64,000 nucleotides of DNA from Minisyncoccota bacterium (GTDB lineage Bacteria > Patescibacteriota > Minisyncoccia > Phycocordibacterales > UBA9973). The stretch lies in NCBI GenBank assembly GCA_041659205.1, contig JBAZYS010000003.1:3266-67265 (forward strand), in the 5' to 3' direction. The notes under the pieces are model-generated. The model was not told the DNA's origin. It did no database searches and worked only from the letters and a program-made list of their open reading frames with translations. Shown here piece by piece: positions 18,748 through 29,461 of this stretch. Position 1 is the first letter of the stretch. Each line of letters opens with the position of its first letter. A program made the position numbers and the translations under genes.

Positions 18748-20418
18748 CTAGTAAACCTCTTTTTGATAGCATTCTGTACAATACATTATCGGAGCAACAT
18801 CCTCGGTCAAATTTGTGTGAGTTTCTTTCCCACAATTAGAGCATTTACGAACAAAAAACTTAAATGATCCCCGACGGCGAATACGGTCATGATGTCTGCA
18901 GTAAAAACATTGACGTGGAATTGGCAATACCATCTTTTTATAAAAAATATATTCTTGTTCGGTAATTTTATAATTTCTTTCGCAAGAAGTACATTTTAAT
19001 ATTTCATGTATGATTGAATCATCTATATCTTTAATATGATCTGGGATATTTTCAGATAATAGTGTTTCTTTGCCTTTAGTTGTTTGAATGTCATCTTCCC
19101 ATCGGAAACCTTGTATAAGTGCTTCATTTTTAGTTAAAGGCAAATTATCTTGAGCGATTGTTTCATTATAAGCAAAAGGTGCAATATTTGGTGGCATCAT
19201 TAAACCATGAATTCCAAGCATTATTAATTCATCTATTATGTGTTTTTTTAGCTCTTCGTATTCATCTTTTGAATATTCTTTATTAAAGATAGAATAACGT
19301 CCATTCCTTAAAGCATCGCATCCTATGCAATCGTGACAATTTCTTATTTCAAATGAATATAAAATATTACTACAATTTTCAGGCCAATAAGAACCTATCA
19401 CGTTGCTACAGTATCCAGTAGCAACCACTTCAAGCAATAATTCTGATTGAGTTCCATAGCCGATAGTTCCCAGAGAATCCTTTATGTTTTTAGAGGAAAA
19501 AAGATACCTTGAATTTTCCCCTTTTGAAACTTCGAATGAATTATAAACGTTCTTGCACTCCGTCAAATAGTCTCCTATCGAATTTACCGTCTTTAGATTA
19601 TTATTTTCTCTTCTTGGAAGAGTTTTAGAAAATTCAATAAACTTCTTTTTTGCTTCTTCAGTTTTTTTATAACTCCCTTTTATCTCCTGAATTCTTTTTT
19701 GATATTCATCAGCACTTAGTTGTTCATTAAAATAACAATTGCTTTTATTTCTTAAATTTACACAACCAAAACAGTTTGTAAGCCCACTACCATTCAAGAT
19801 AAAAGATGAGTCTACGCAACTCGTAACATTTTGACTCCATAATACGCTAGCAGATTCTTGAACATTTATGCATTCATAACAGCGTTCAAAATTAACTCCA
19901 AAATATATATCTGAGGAATCCAACCCTTTTTTAACACCCCTTGAATAGAGGAGGTCTTCTGATGGACTGGTATTAAAAACTAAGTAACAATTTCTACAAC
20001 CACCAGCCATATTAGTATATTCACTATTAATATTGGGTCCATCACCAGAAGAAATGCCTAAATTTATTTTAGGAACTTTAATTAAAAATTCCCCCATTTG
20101 GTCAAAAAAAGGGCGATTTTTATCATATTCCGTAGCATAATCTTTCGGGTCCCATTTTTCAGAGTAAAAACAGTCATAACAATATTTTTTGTATGATGAT
20201 TTTGGATTATACATTGTGATAATATGTTTCTGACATAAATCACATTTTTGCCCAGAATATAATGTGGTCTCGTTTCTCCACATTGCACGCATCTTAAAAC
20301 GACAATCAGGACAAACTTTCGGCACTGGTACTTTCATTCTTTCGTAAAATGAAAAATCATCCATTTCTAAGGTGAAATCCTGTTTGCAATTCTGACAATT
20401 TCTCGTTTCATTTCGCAT
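18748..20418 (-). CDS. Large Cys-rich repeat protein, paralog 2
   Basis: Same architecture as 14297-16000 (CQNC...CPDC...MYCTECYQKEVY). Confidence 0.85.
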   Translation of the reverse strand: MRNETRNCQNCKQDFTLEMDDFSFYERMKVPVPKVCPDCRFKMRAMWRNETTLYSGQKCDLCQKHIITMYNPKSSYKKYCYDCFYSEKWDPKDYATEYDKNRPFFDQMGEFLIKVPKINLGISSGDGPNINSEYTNMAGGCRNCYLVFNTSPSEDLLYSRGVKKGLDSSDIYFGVNFERCYECINVQESASVLWSQNVTSCVDSSFILNGSGLTNCFGCVNLRNKSNCYFNEQLSADEYQKRIQEIKGSYKKTEEAKKKFIEFSKTLPRRENNNLKTVNSIGDYLTECKNVYNSFEVSKGENSRYLFSSKNIKDSLGTIGYGTQSELLLEVVATGYCSNVIGSYWPENCSNILYSFEIRNCHDCIGCDALRNGRYSIFNKEYSKDEYEELKKHIIDELIMLGIHGLMMPPNIAPFAYNETIAQDNLPLTKNEALIQGFRWEDDIQTTKGKETLLSENIPDHIKDIDDSIIHEILKCTSCERNYKITEQEYIFYKKMVLPIPRQCFYCRHHDRIRRRGSFKFFVRKCSNCGKETHTNLTEDVAPIMYCTECYQKEVY

Positions 20419-20419
20419 G

Positions 20420-22597
20420 TTATTCTAGAATTTTTCTTAATACATCTTCGGGCACCTCCTTTGTTGTTGGTTTTTGAGGTATTGGCATTGGAGTTGGTGT
20501 AGGAGTAGGAGTAGGTGTTGAAATTGGAGTTGAAATTGGGGCTGGAGTTGGAGTTTTTTGCGAAATCAAATCTTTTAATTTATTCATCTCGTCTACACCT
20601 GCAGAACGGTCATTACGAGGAATAAAACTCCCACCAGATGGACTGGCAAGTTTATTTTCTTCTTGCTTGATTTTATCTTTTAACGTATCGAGAGAAACGG
20701 GTTCAGGTGTAGGAATCTTAACTGGAATAGGAATTGGAGGTGAAATTACTGGACTTACCTCCTGATTTTGCAAAGTTTTATTCAAAACTTCTCTTAAGGC
20801 TGAATTATCCACTTTTTTAGGAATCTCAGCTTTAGTCTTAACAACTTTTACAGTAGGAACAAAAACTTTTTTAATCGTCCCAATTATTCCTGGTTTACCC
20901 GCCAAAAAGGAGGGCTTTGATACTGAAGAAACTTGCTTAAATGCTGGTATAGGAGGTTTCGGTACGAAAGCAGGTTTCGGTGTAGGTTTTTCTACTCTTT
21001 CTGGATATCTATTATTTTCTTCAACTTTTTTACCTTTTTGCTCAAATTCTATTCCTAAATCAGCTAATGGTTTAAAAAATTTAGATTCATCATAATTTAT
21101 TTGGTCTTGTCCTTTTTTTTCTACCTTTACCTCTCCAGATTTTATTTTTGCAATACATTCCTTACAATAGACTGCTCTACCTGGTTCTGGTTTAAACGGC
21201 ACAGTCTTCTCTAGTTTACAAAGTGAACAAATAACTGGAAATTTTTCCATACTTGAAGAAGAAGCGGATTCATTAAAACCTCCAAGTGACATTCCACTCC
21301 AATCATTAATTTCTCTCTCCACTACTCCTCTTGGCTTACAATAAAGAGCTCGAGAAGAGTTTATAACTGCATCTTCGATTTTCTTGTCACCAGACTTTAC
21401 CATTGGCGGAAGTGTCTTCGCAGAAAATGGTCTAGACGTCACACCATCAATCATTAATTTCAAATAAATTTTATAGTTCGGTAAATTTACAATATCTGAA
21501 GGAGTAAATTCTGGATCAAATTCTTTTTCCAAAAAGTCTGCATCGTCAGAACCGACACGAAAGACAATCATCGTACCCACGTTTCCGAAAACAGCATCTC
21601 GTACTGCAGAACTCTTGTCCACGACAAGCTGGGCTGTGTACTGGTGGGCCACAGTAAGGTTCAATCTGTATTTTCTAGCCTCAGACAAAATACCTGCAAA
21701 AGCATCCGTCACGAAATTTTGAAATTCGTCGACATATAGGTAAAAGTCCTTACGATGATCCTCAGGAATACGCACGCGCTCCATGGCGGCAAGCTGAATC
21801 TTGGTAATAATCATTCCACCCAAGAGGCCGGAATTGTCTTCACCAATGCGCCCCTTAGAAACGTTCACCAGAAAAATCTTCCCATCGTTCATAATGTCGA
21901 AAATATTGATAGTACTTAAAGATTGACCGACGACGTTGCGGATGATAGATGTAGAGAGAAATTGCCCAACTTTATTTTGAATCGGAGCAATTGCCTCATT
22001 TCTAAATTTATCTTGCCAAGCTTCGTATTCGTGAATCCAAAAAGCCTTGATAACTGGATCTTTTAAATTCGCAATTATTTTCTGACGATAATCTTTATCA
22101 ACTAGCATCCTAGGAATACCTAATAGTGTCGTTCCCGGAGTATCAAGCAAAGCTAGAATACAATTATTTAAAATATATTCCATTCGAGCACTCCAGGCAT
22201 TCGCCCAAATTTTAGTAAAAATTCCCATCAGTCCCGAAGCTACGAGATGCTTGTATTGAGGGTCAATAAGTTCAAGAACATTAAAACCTATATGATGTTC
22301 AGTGTCAGCTGGGTTGAAATAAACTACATCCTTAATGCGCTCTGGTGGAATAGAAGACAGAACTCCCTCAACGAGCTCTCCGTGCGGGTCAACTACGCAG
22401 ACCCCTTCGCCATTCTGGATGTTCTGAATAATCATGTTGAACATAAGCACAGATTTACCTGTACCTGACTTTCCGAGAATATAAACATGCTGGCGTCTAT
22501 CCTTGCGTTTTATGCCGAAGAGCTGATTTTTATCACGAAAAGTAGTAAGACCCAGATAGGTAACATCTTTATTTATAGGTATTTCTGGAAGTTCCAT
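20420..22597 (-). CDS. VirB4/VirD4-like ATPase with a CxxC-x17-CxxC zinc domain and Pro-rich tail
   Basis: GKSGTGKS, VDPHGE, YVDEFQN and SEARKY; CSLC...VPFKP...VYCKEC. Confidence 0.88.
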   Translation of the reverse strand: MELPEIPINKDVTYLGLTTFRDKNQLFGIKRKDRRQHVYILGKSGTGKSVLMFNMIIQNIQNGEGVCVVDPHGELVEGVLSSIPPERIKDVVYFNPADTEHHIGFNVLELIDPQYKHLVASGLMGIFTKIWANAWSARMEYILNNCILALLDTPGTTLLGIPRMLVDKDYRQKIIANLKDPVIKAFWIHEYEAWQDKFRNEAIAPIQNKVGQFLSTSIIRNVVGQSLSTINIFDIMNDGKIFLVNVSKGRIGEDNSGLLGGMIITKIQLAAMERVRIPEDHRKDFYLYVDEFQNFVTDAFAGILSEARKYRLNLTVAHQYTAQLVVDKSSAVRDAVFGNVGTMIVFRVGSDDADFLEKEFDPEFTPSDIVNLPNYKIYLKLMIDGVTSRPFSAKTLPPMVKSGDKKIEDAVINSSRALYCKPRGVVEREINDWSGMSLGGFNESASSSSMEKFPVICSLCKLEKTVPFKPEPGRAVYCKECIAKIKSGEVKVEKKGQDQINYDESKFFKPLADLGIEFEQKGKKVEENNRYPERVEKPTPKPAFVPKPPIPAFKQVSSVSKPSFLAGKPGIIGTIKKVFVPTVKVVKTKAEIPKKVDNSALREVLNKTLQNQEVSPVISPPIPIPVKIPTPEPVSLDTLKDKIKQEENKLASPSGGSFIPRNDRSAGVDEMNKLKDLISQKTPTPAPISTPISTPTPTPTPTPMPIPQKPTTKEVPEDVLRKILE

Positions 22598-22636
22598 ACA
22601 TGTAAATTATACCTCGAAATCAGTTTTTTCCAAACC

Positions 22637-23599
22637 TTATTTGTCTTTGTAAATATCTCTTACTTGACCTGTATGTGGATCAAAAGCTCCCCTATTTTTA
22701 CTAAAAATATCAAATGCTGGATCCTTTTTCTTTACAAAAGAATCGACTAACTTAAAATCGTTCGGATGATCTTTCAAAAAACTTTCAGGATTTGTGAAAT
22801 ACTCTGCACAAATTTCAGCCCAGTATTCATGTGCTGCTCTTAATAATCCATCCCTTGTTCCGTTCAAATGTGGTAAATAATCAGAATTTATATCATCTTT
22901 ACCAAAAGCATCAGGAGCCATGAGCCTTTTATGAACTTCTAGCAATTGAGTTTGCCTTTCTAAAATATTTAAATTTATATCACTGTCCCAATCATTAGCA
23001 TGGGCAAATTCGTGCGCAATCGTAGTATTGTCTACTGGTATTGTGCCACCACTCAATTCTGGATTGGTGTATAAATAAACATTGCCTCCCTGAAAACCAC
23101 CAAGTTTACTATGCCCTCTTGAGGTTTCTTTAATAGAAGAAATAAATTTTATTTGTTTAATTTGTCCAGAAATCCATCCTTTAGGATAAGCTCCGTATTT
23201 TTCTGTGAATAAATACTTAGGTTCAACGGAAAAATTTTTTCCCTCAAACCCTTTTAGTTCAGGATCTTTTTTTTCTTCTTTGTTTTGAAAATATGCATTC
23301 TGGTCTCCTTCATTTATTTGACTCACAGCGCCATAACCAAAAATTTTTTTAATTTCTGTCTCGTTTGTTTCTTTTTGTTTCAATTGTTCTGGATTAAAAG
23401 AGGATGTGATATGTCTATTATATTCAATATCTTTATTTACAGATTTTACTGCTTCACCTGCAACAAAAAGAGCCCCGGCCGCAAGACCAACTTTACCAAT
23501 CTTCTTAAAACAAACCAAAGATTTACCGAATATATTTTCGGCCTGTTTTTGTGGATCTTCTTCTTTTTTATCAATAGATCTAGTTCCTTCAAGGTTCAT
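22637..23599 (-). CDS. Putative membrane-anchored zinc metallopeptidase (gluzincin-like)
   Basis: HEFAH zinc motif with downstream EYWAE...YF; hydrophobic N-terminal segment. Confidence 0.65.
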   Translation of the reverse strand: MNLEGTRSIDKKEEDPQKQAENIFGKSLVCFKKIGKVGLAAGALFVAGEAVKSVNKDIEYNRHITSSFNPEQLKQKETNETEIKKIFGYGAVSQINEGDQNAYFQNKEEKKDPELKGFEGKNFSVEPKYLFTEKYGAYPKGWISGQIKQIKFISSIKETSRGHSKLGGFQGGNVYLYTNPELSGGTIPVDNTTIAHEFAHANDWDSDINLNILERQTQLLEVHKRLMAPDAFGKDDINSDYLPHLNGTRDGLLRAAHEYWAEICAEYFTNPESFLKDHPNDFKLVDSFVKKKDPAFDIFSKNRGAFDPHTGQVRDIYKDK

Positions 23600-23633
23600 A
23601 ACGTAATTGATTATAACCTAATATTTACTAACT

Positions 23634-23665
23634 AAAAAGCCCCATTGTAAACAATGGGGCTTTTT
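23634..23665 (-). terminator. dnaK terminator (bidirectional-type)
   Basis: AAAAAGCCCCATTGT-aa-ACAATGGGGCTTTTT. Confidence 0.85.
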
Positions 23666-23669
23666 GTAA

Positions 23670-25568
23670 TTAAACTTTTGGAGCTTCTTCTTCTCCTTCA
23701 GTTTTCTCTTTTACTTCCGCAGCTTGCTCTTCTGGAGCACTTGCTCCTGGAGCCTCTGCGCCGGCACCGGCCTTAGATACGGCTTCGCCAATCTTAGACA
23801 TCTCTGTTGAGAGTTCTTCGGTAGCTTTCTTTATCGCCTCACCGTCAGTACCATCTTTTACTCCACGGAGAGCAGTGATTTTTGCATTAACTTCATCTTT
23901 CAATTCTGCAGGAATTTTAGCTTCATTATCTTTCAATGTTTTCTCCGCAGTGTAGATAATCATTTCCGCTGTATTTTTTATATCAACAACTTCCTTTTTC
24001 TTTTTATCTTCTTCTGCATGAAGTTCAGCGTCAGCTTGCATTTTTTTAATTTCTTCGTCCTTAAGACCAGAACTTGCTTCAATCTTAATTGACTGACTTT
24101 TACCTGAAGCTTTATCCTTTGCAGTAACATTCAAGATCCCGTTCGCATCGACGTCGAAAGCGACTTCAATCTGTGGCATACCACGAGGTGCTGGTGGAAC
24201 TCCATCCAAGATAAATCGTCCTAGGGATTTATTGTCGGAAGCCATTGGGCGTTCACCTTGAACTATATGAATTTCAACAGAAGTCTGATTGTCCGCAGCC
24301 GTAGAAAATACTTGCGATTTTGAAGACGGAATAGTGGTATTTCTTTCAATTAATTTTGTTGCTACTCCTCCTAATGTCTCAATACCTAATGATAGAGGTA
24401 TAACATCAAGAAGAAGAACATCACGCACATCACCAGCGAGCACTCCTGCCTGCACTGCAGCACCGAGAGCCACAACTTCATCAGGATTGATGGACATATT
24501 TGGAGCCTTGCCGAAAAGAGTCTGCACCGCAGAAACTATCGCTGGCATTCTCGTCTGACCACCTACCATAATGATTTCATTGATGTCATTCATTTTAAAT
24601 GGTGAGGCGGCGAGAGCTCTCTTTGTAATTTCAATTGAGCGATCAATGTATTCCTTTGCAAGAGATTCGAGCATCGCCCGAGTCATTTTCAAAAGTAAGT
24701 GCTTTGGCCCTGATGCATCAGAAGTTATAAATGGAATATTTATTTCAGTTTCCATGGTTGTAGAAAGTTCGTGTTTCGCTTTTTCTGCTGCTTCTTTTAG
24801 TCTCTGATGAGCTAGAGGATCCTTAATAACATCAATCCCTGACTCCTTTTTGTATTCATCCGCGATCCAAGAAATAATTTTTCTATCGATGTCTCCTCCG
24901 CCCATGTGACTGTCTCCATCTGTAGACTTTACTTCTATGACATCATCACCTATCTCTAGAACAGACACGTCAAAAGTACCTCCACCGAAATCGTAGACGA
25001 CAATCTTTTCATTTTTCTTTTTATCGAAACCATAAGCGAGCGCTGCTGCAGTTGGTTCATTGATAATACGCTTCACATCGAGGCCAGCAATAGCTCCTGC
25101 ATCCTTAGTAGCTTTTCTTTGAGCATCGTTGAAATATGCGGGAACGGTAATGACAGCTTCAGTAATCTTTTCACCAAGCTTTGCCTCCACATCTGTTTTA
25201 ATTTTTTGCAAAATCATCGCAGAAATTTCTTCTGGACGATAAAATTTATCTGTCATTTTCACCTTTACTCCACCCCCATCCCCAGCTTCAATTTTAAATG
25301 AGGCTGTTTGTCTATCCTTCTGTACTTCTGGATCATCAAAACGATGCCCCATGAAGCGCTTCATTTCCGCAATCGTATTTTCTGGATTTGTGACTGCTTG
25401 CCTCTTCGCAAGTAAACCGACGATACGGTCACCATTTTTTGCAGTCGCCACCACAGAAGGGGTCGTGCGATTACCTTCGACATTTTCAATAATCTTTGGT
25501 GCGCCTCCTTCAATGAAAGCGACAGCCGAATTTGTTGTACCTAAATCTATTCCTATTATTTTGCTCAT
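23670..25568 (-). CDS. dnaK: Chaperone DnaK
   Basis: [18 protein letters not shown] and DFGGGTFD motifs. Confidence 0.99.
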   Translation of the reverse strand: MSKIIGIDLGTTNSAVAFIEGGAPKIIENVEGNRTTPSVVATAKNGDRIVGLLAKRQAVTNPENTIAEMKRFMGHRFDDPEVQKDRQTASFKIEAGDGGGVKVKMTDKFYRPEEISAMILQKIKTDVEAKLGEKITEAVITVPAYFNDAQRKATKDAGAIAGLDVKRIINEPTAAALAYGFDKKKNEKIVVYDFGGGTFDVSVLEIGDDVIEVKSTDGDSHMGGGDIDRKIISWIADEYKKESGIDVIKDPLAHQRLKEAAEKAKHELSTTMETEINIPFITSDASGPKHLLLKMTRAMLESLAKEYIDRSIEITKRALAASPFKMNDINEIIMVGGQTRMPAIVSAVQTLFGKAPNMSINPDEVVALGAAVQAGVLAGDVRDVLLLDVIPLSLGIETLGGVATKLIERNTTIPSSKSQVFSTAADNQTSVEIHIVQGERPMASDNKSLGRFILDGVPPAPRGMPQIEVAFDVDANGILNVTAKDKASGKSQSIKIEASSGLKDEEIKKMQADAELHAEEDKKKKEVVDIKNTAEMIIYTAEKTLKDNEAKIPAELKDEVNAKITALRGVKDGTDGEAIKKATEELSTEMSKIGEAVSKAGAGAEAPGASAPEEQAAEVKEKTEGEEEAPKV

Positions 25569-25655
25569 ATTTTATATGGTTATTTTATAATTTAACTTAT
25601 ATTTCGCGACCACTAATTATTTGTATAAAAGTAGTATATATGATAGTATGTAGTC

Positions 25656-26192
25656 ATGTCAAGAAAAGTAGACTATTCAAAGAAAATACTTAAGGTTTTA
25701 GGTGAAAAATCGGCTATTTCCCTACCTGAATTGATAGATAGAATAAGCCCCGAAGAGTGCTCCCAAAGCTCTAAATACGCCCTTACGCGCTCTTTAAAAG
25801 GTCTTCGAGATGCTGGCCTCATCGAACAAATACCATCCTCCCAGAACGAATATGCCAGGCTAACTAAAGAAGGTAGAAAAAAAATGAATAGCCTAAAACT
25901 AGATAATAACACCACTTTGGTAAATACTTCTTGGGATGGTTTTTGGAGGATAATTCTTCTCGACCTCCCAGAGAACAGAAAAGCAGAACGAGAGAGCTTA
26001 CGTTACCTTTTAAAAAAAGCGGGCTTCATATGTTTAAAAAATTCTGCCTGGATTTCCCCTTTCCCATACGAACACTTATTTACAAATATTAAAAAAGATC
26101 TAGGGCTAACTACAGAAATGATGATTATTGTCACTGAAAATATAGACGAGGAGAGCAAAAAAGTTTTATTTAAAACTTTCGGAACCCGGTAG
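25656..26192 (+). CDS. PaaX-like transcriptional regulator (wHTH plus Cas2-like central domain)
   Basis: wHTH ending RLTKEG, then WDGFWRIILLDLPE...R..LR..L...GF..L..SAWISP. Confidence 0.8.
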   Translation: MSRKVDYSKKILKVLGEKSAISLPELIDRISPEECSQSSKYALTRSLKGLRDAGLIEQIPSSQNEYARLTKEGRKKMNSLKLDNNTTLVNTSWDGFWRIILLDLPENRKAERESLRYLLKKAGFICLKNSAWISPFPYEHLFTNIKKDLGLTTEMMIIVTENIDEESKKVLFKTFGTR

Positions 26193-26253
26193 TAGAGCTT
26201 TGCGATATGTGAAGCATGCATCTAAGGATGCCTCGCAAAGTCTCACTACCGGG
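26185..26253 (+). mobile_element. Empty palindromic element related to the GIY-YIG element ends
   Basis: CCCGGTAGTAGAGCTTTGCGA...TCGCAAAGTCTCACTACCGGG; supplies the stop codon of the upstream gene. Confidence 0.7.
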
Positions 26254-26265
26254 GAAAATAAAATT

Positions 26266-26295
26266 TACATATTTACGCCATGGCGTAAATATGTA
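26266..26295. repeat. Perfect 30-bp palindrome
   Basis: TACATATTTACGCCATGGCGTAAATATGTA. Confidence 0.9.
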
Positions 26296-26296
26296 T

Positions 26297-26602
26297 TTAG
26301 GTAATATTTTTCGTCATCCATTCTTTATAGGCGCGATTAATTCTTCGCACATCAACTCCAGCGATAAGTGGCGTGGAATAACTATGATGTTTAGAAACTA
26401 AATCATTCACTTCTTCGAGCTTGGATTCAAGAGTGGTCACCATGAGCATCGTCTGGGATACTTCTTTTAATCCCCCTTCCCAGTTATACATAGAATCGAT
26501 AGCCCAATAATCTACACAGACACCGAGCTTTTTGTCTATGATTAGTTTCCCTAAAAGTTGTGCTTCGATAGAATTCGCGCAAGTTGTATATATAAATACC
26601 AT
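26297..26602 (-). CDS. cutA: Divalent-cation tolerance protein CutA
   Basis: IYTTC...A..LG..II...LG.CV...SMYNWEG...HHSYSTP. Confidence 0.9.
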   Translation of the reverse strand: MVFIYTTCANSIEAQLLGKLIIDKKLGVCVDYWAIDSMYNWEGGLKEVSQTMLMVTTLESKLEEVNDLVSKHHSYSTPLIAGVDVRRINRAYKEWMTKNIT

Positions 26603-26694
26603 AAAATTAGAGTACGATATTTGATAAACAGAATAGCCCGACCTTTATAGTATTATACTCCTTTTATAATAAACTAGGATATTCTTATATTCCA

Positions 26695-26714
26695 ATATAC
26701 GCCATGGCGTATAT
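26695..26714. repeat. Perfect 20-bp palindrome with the same core as 26266-26295
   Basis: ATATACGCCATGGCGTATAT. Confidence 0.9.
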
Positions 26715-26719
26715 GTGTA

Positions 26720-28384
26720 TTAAGCCATATTTTGTTTATAACATTCTTCGCAAGCAATTTTTTGGTATTCCCATTCCGGTAAATAATATGCCTCAATGTC
26801 CTTTTTACAATAAAAACAAGAGTATGGATACGCCTGAAGAGCCGTCAAATACTTTAATTGATTTCTTGTTCGTACGTCAAAATGATATCGTGGAAGTGGG
26901 ATACTATTTTCTTTATAGAATATCAATTCATTTTGTGCAATATTAAAACGCCAATTAGATTTTGGGCAGATAAGTGCTTGATTAATAATAGAATCTGAAA
27001 CATCTTTTATATCGTCAGGTAATTCATTTGTTTGCATTCCTTCAATATTACTTTCATCAACATCTTCCCAATAACCACCCAGCCTTAAAATATCTTCTTT
27101 TTTTGTATCTCCAAAATACAAATAACTAGTAGAAAAATTAAATGATCCAGCGCTCATTGAATATGGCAAAAACTTTCCATATTCCCCATTTTTTTTCATA
27201 TTTGAAATAATTTTATTTTTCAAAATTTCATATTCCTCTTTACTATATTGCTTATTTAAAATACAATATTTCTTTTTCTTTATACCAACACAACCAAAAC
27301 AATATTCACATTCAGTACAAATGTCTAAATATTCGGAATATCTTGAAGAAGACCAAACACTGTATTTTTCTGCATAACCATACAGGCAACAACTACAATT
27401 TCCAGATAATTCAGTAAACCAGCAACCATCAGCGTCGATATTAGACTTTTCGTTAATGCCCCTAATGCAGTTATGACAATCTTCAGAATTGCTGATGGTG
27501 TTGCAATTGTGGCAATTTTTACAATCTAATAAATAATCTCCATCAGAACTATATATTTTAAAATTAAAATTTTCCCTATGAACAACTTCATTTTTTATTA
27601 TTTCATCAAAACGTTCTTTAAAAGATTGTATAGATTCATAAGATCCAAGATTAAATGATTTTAATTTTTCTTCATATTCTTCCTTGGTGTATTGCTTATT
27701 TTCTATGCAATATTGTTTATTACGTAGATTCCAACTCATGAAACAATTCTGGCAATTTCTACAATCATATAAAAAGCTTGATTCTATACAATCACGAGAA
27801 TGCTTTGAATAAAAAAGTTTATAAGAATGATGACAATCTGAGCAGTCAAAACTTTTTTCACAACTAAAACATATTGTCATATCTATAGAATTTTTTACAT
27901 AAAAACCTCTATATGAATAAAACAAATCTTCACATTGTTCCAACGAACGTGATAAATAACAATTTTTAGAATTCCAGACATCATCACACCAATCACATTT
28001 TATGTTTTTAGTACCATTCTGATGTGGATGAGGAACACGCTCTTGAAGATCTTGCAATTGTTTAAAAAATAGTTGATTCTCATTATATTCTACTCCATAA
28101 TCCATAGCGTCCCATTTATCGCTGTACCATTCCTTAGAAGTATAAATAGGATATCTATTTTTCTCTGGTAAAACTGTAATTAAGCCTTCTCCTGATAAAT
28201 CTGATTTCCCTTTACGAAATTTTCCAAACATCCAGAATGATAAATGTAATTTAACACGGCAAAAAAAACACAAAATGGGTAATTCAATATCAACTTTTTG
28301 ATATAAAGAAAATTCCTCTTCTGTAATTATGAAGTCTTTTTTACAATGTTCACAAATTCTATTCTCCTTTTTCTTTGAATTCAT
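26720..28384 (-). CDS. Large Cys-rich repeat protein, paralog 3
   Basis: CEHC...LCFFCR...CxxCxxC repeats...IACEECYKQ; overlaps the end of grpE. Confidence 0.85.
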   Translation of the reverse strand: MNSKKKENRICEHCKKDFIITEEEFSLYQKVDIELPILCFFCRVKLHLSFWMFGKFRKGKSDLSGEGLITVLPEKNRYPIYTSKEWYSDKWDAMDYGVEYNENQLFFKQLQDLQERVPHPHQNGTKNIKCDWCDDVWNSKNCYLSRSLEQCEDLFYSYRGFYVKNSIDMTICFSCEKSFDCSDCHHSYKLFYSKHSRDCIESSFLYDCRNCQNCFMSWNLRNKQYCIENKQYTKEEYEEKLKSFNLGSYESIQSFKERFDEIIKNEVVHRENFNFKIYSSDGDYLLDCKNCHNCNTISNSEDCHNCIRGINEKSNIDADGCWFTELSGNCSCCLYGYAEKYSVWSSSRYSEYLDICTECEYCFGCVGIKKKKYCILNKQYSKEEYEILKNKIISNMKKNGEYGKFLPYSMSAGSFNFSTSYLYFGDTKKEDILRLGGYWEDVDESNIEGMQTNELPDDIKDVSDSIINQALICPKSNWRFNIAQNELIFYKENSIPLPRYHFDVRTRNQLKYLTALQAYPYSCFYCKKDIEAYYLPEWEYQKIACEECYKQNMA

Positions 28385-28955
28385 ACACATTCACCCGGGC
28401 TGGGCGCATGACGCGTTCGCCTAGCTTATAACCCTTCTGAGTTACAGTGGCTACCTTATGTTCTAATTCTTTTCTGTCTGTTTCTACAACATCTATAGAC
28501 TGATGAATACTAGGATCAAAACTCTCCCCCACTTCTCCGACGGGCTTTACTCCATATTCCTCGAATATTCCGTTCATCTGTGCATAAATATATTCCACAC
28601 CTTTGCGCCAATTATCTTCTACTTTTTCCCAAGCATCTTTGTTTGCAAAAGCCATATTAAAACTATCAATCACAGAAAGAAAACGAGTAAGAATTCTCTC
28701 ACGCATCGCTTCTGAAAAAATAGCTTTTCTCTCATCTTCTTGTTTTCTATAGTTAGCAAATTCTGCTCGCTCCTTCTGCCAGCCAGTCAAATACTCTTCC
28801 TTTTCTTTCTTGAGCTCTTTTATATCCGCTCTAAATTTCTTTAAAGTTTTCTTCAAATCCTCTTCCCCGTCTTCATTGAATTCAAATTCAAGAACCTCGG
28901 AATCATCCTTTTTTTCCTCAAGATTATCTTCTTTTTTAATTTCTTCATCTGCCAT
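28359..28955 (-). CDS. grpE: Nucleotide exchange factor GrpE
   Basis: RAEFANYRK, FDPSIHQ and QKGYKLGERVMRPARV motifs. Confidence 0.96.
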   Translation of the reverse strand: MADEEIKKEDNLEEKKDDSEVLEFEFNEDGEEDLKKTLKKFRADIKELKKEKEEYLTGWQKERAEFANYRKQEDERKAIFSEAMRERILTRFLSVIDSFNMAFANKDAWEKVEDNWRKGVEYIYAQMNGIFEEYGVKPVGEVGESFDPSIHQSIDVVETDRKELEHKVATVTQKGYKLGERVMRPARVNVYEFKEKGE

Positions 28956-29016
28956 ATTTACTCATCTTAGCATAAAAATCCCCTCTTTTCTAGAGGGGAT
29001 TTTTTGTAAAATATAA

Positions 29017-29457
29017 TTAACGTTTTGACCACTGAGGAGCCTTGCGGGCTTTCTTGAGACCGAATTTTCTGCGCTCTTTTGCTCTAGGATCACGCTTAAG
29101 GAAGCCTAATGTCTTCAAACCTCCACGTAAAGTAATATCTGATTCAATGAGAGCTCTTGAGAGTCCATGACGAATAGCTTCTGATTGAGAATGAATTCCG
29201 CCACCTGATACGTGTACTTCTACAACCCATTTAACATCTGACTTAGCACCACCTGTTGGTATGCCTTTAATTATCGGATCTAATATTAAACGTCGTTGAT
29301 CTTCTGTTTTAAAATATTCCTTTGCATCAATACCATTTACAGTAAAATGAGCTTTGGCACCTTCATTAATGCGTACTCTTGCAGTAGAAGTCTTTCTTCT
29401 TCCTATCGCCTCAATGTATTTTCCTTTTGCTTTTACTTCTTTTATATCTTTATCCAT
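29017..29457 (-). CDS. rpsI: 30S ribosomal protein S9
   Basis: GRRKTSTARV...ERRKFGLKKARKAPQWSKR. Confidence 0.98.
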   Translation of the reverse strand: MDKDIKEVKAKGKYIEAIGRRKTSTARVRINEGAKAHFTVNGIDAKEYFKTEDQRRLILDPIIKGIPTGGAKSDVKWVVEVHVSGGGIHSQSEAIRHGLSRALIESDITLRGGLKTLGFLKRDPRAKERRKFGLKKARKAPQWSKR

Positions 29458-29461
29458 ATTA

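Noticed and set aside
17203-22597. Integrative conjugative element or prophage
   Set aside because: No integrase, relaxase, VirB core or phage structural genes are seen; the ATPases sit among housekeeping genes.
25569-25655. CIRCE operator upstream of dnaK or grpE
   Set aside because: No TTAGCACTC-N9-GAGTGCTAA is found and hrcA is not in the window.
25656-26192. Cas2-like motif suggesting a CRISPR-Cas locus
   Set aside because: It is the central domain of a wHTH PaaX-like regulator; there is no cas1 or array in the window.
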